A stretch of 64,000 nt of DNA from Eledone cirrhosa (lineage: Eukaryota). The position numbers were made by a program, and so were the translations under genes. Positions 63,160-64,000 of this stretch are shown one piece after another (position 1 is the first letter of the stretch; every line of letters begins with the position of its first letter). The notes below the pieces were generated by a model. It ran no database searches, was not told where the DNA came from, and worked only from the letters and a program-made list of their open reading frames with translations. The stretch lies in NCBI GenBank assembly GCA_964016885.1, contig OZ024741.1, positions 351,168,001 through 351,232,000 of the forward strand, given 5' to 3'.

Positions 63160-64000
63160 TCTGCAGATAGAGACAACTTTCCAACAAATATAAAATAACT
63201 TCACCACCAGAAACAACAGACTACCAACATTCTACCTCATTAAAATCAACAAAACCAATGTTAATCTCCAGATTAGACCCATTGTCTCTATTATAGAAGG
63301 ACCCCTCTATAAAATCTTGTTCCTCTCCCAGATCCTCAAACCTATGCTTTTTACTTTTATTAGACATGTCAGCAGCTCCAACAAAGTCATACAAAGACTA
63401 CATCAACTACAATCTAACCAACTTAAACTCAACAGATATACCTTTAGCCTCGACGTTGTCTCCCTCTACATGACAGTACCCGCTCACCCAGCGATCAACA
63501 TAGTGACTGACTGCATCATTTCATACAACATATACTGCTTCGGCCTCACTCCACAAGACATACATCAGCTTCTATCTGTCATCGTAGAAAATACATACTT
63601 TACTTTCCACCATCACACATAAAAACAAACAACAGGCCTACCCAAGGGATCTAGTCTTTCAGGCCTTCTGGTCATCACCTATATGAACCAACTGGAACGT
63701 TGAGCGCTCCACACCTGCTGCTCCTATTTCTTCTTCACCTGATACATTGATGATATATTCATCTTCACATCATCCCGTGAAGAGACCGACATAACATCTA
63801 CGACATTCTCAAACATAGATAACAATATGAGATTCACCGTAGAACACCCCGATAAAAATGTTTCCCTGTCGCTGCTGGACTTCTACCTTAGAATTACAGA
63901 AGATGCTATATACACCAACTTCTATAGGAAAGCTACCAGCAGAGATCTATGAGTACATTATAGGTTAGCTCTTCCTCATGGTGCTAAAATGGATACATAA
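63160..64000 (+). mobile_element. Penelope-like element RT remnant with stops and frameshifts
   Basis: RPIVS..FSLDVVSLY..ENTYFTF..*KQTTGLPKGSSLSG..YIDDIF..FTVEHP..LLDF..FYRK. Confidence 0.9.

Overview
AT-rich, repeat-dense animal genomic DNA. The repeat repertoire looks like a coleoid cephalopod (octopus-like); this is an inference from recalled repeat families. Three spliced genes were rebuilt by hand with GT-AG boundaries and consistent phases. (1) A minus-strand gene (ATG 11500, running off the window start) encodes ARM-like repeats fused to a Schlafen/AlbA_2-like domain whose catalytic E..EFK motif appears lost. (2) TAF5 is complete on the minus strand (47910-24122, 19 coding exons, 663 aa). 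(3) The first coding exons of FIGNL1 lie on the plus strand, head-to-head with TAF5. Introns and intergenic DNA contain RTE, CR1, CRE, R4/Dong, L1-Tx1, Ingi/Vingi-like and Penelope remnants, a tRNA-derived SINE, two Helitron families, an internally deleted mariner, and hAT, piggyBac, pogo and Tc1-type MITEs. Best leads are the ARM-Schlafen pseudo-nuclease and a possible splice or poly(A) switch that removes its Schlafen domain. Others are TAF5 codons one A-to-G edit from conserved residues, palindromes built from degenerate hammerhead ribozymes, a precise head-to-tail Helitron junction, and a mariner with 103-bp TIRs and an open, catalytically deleted ORF. Family assignments come from motif recall, not database searches.
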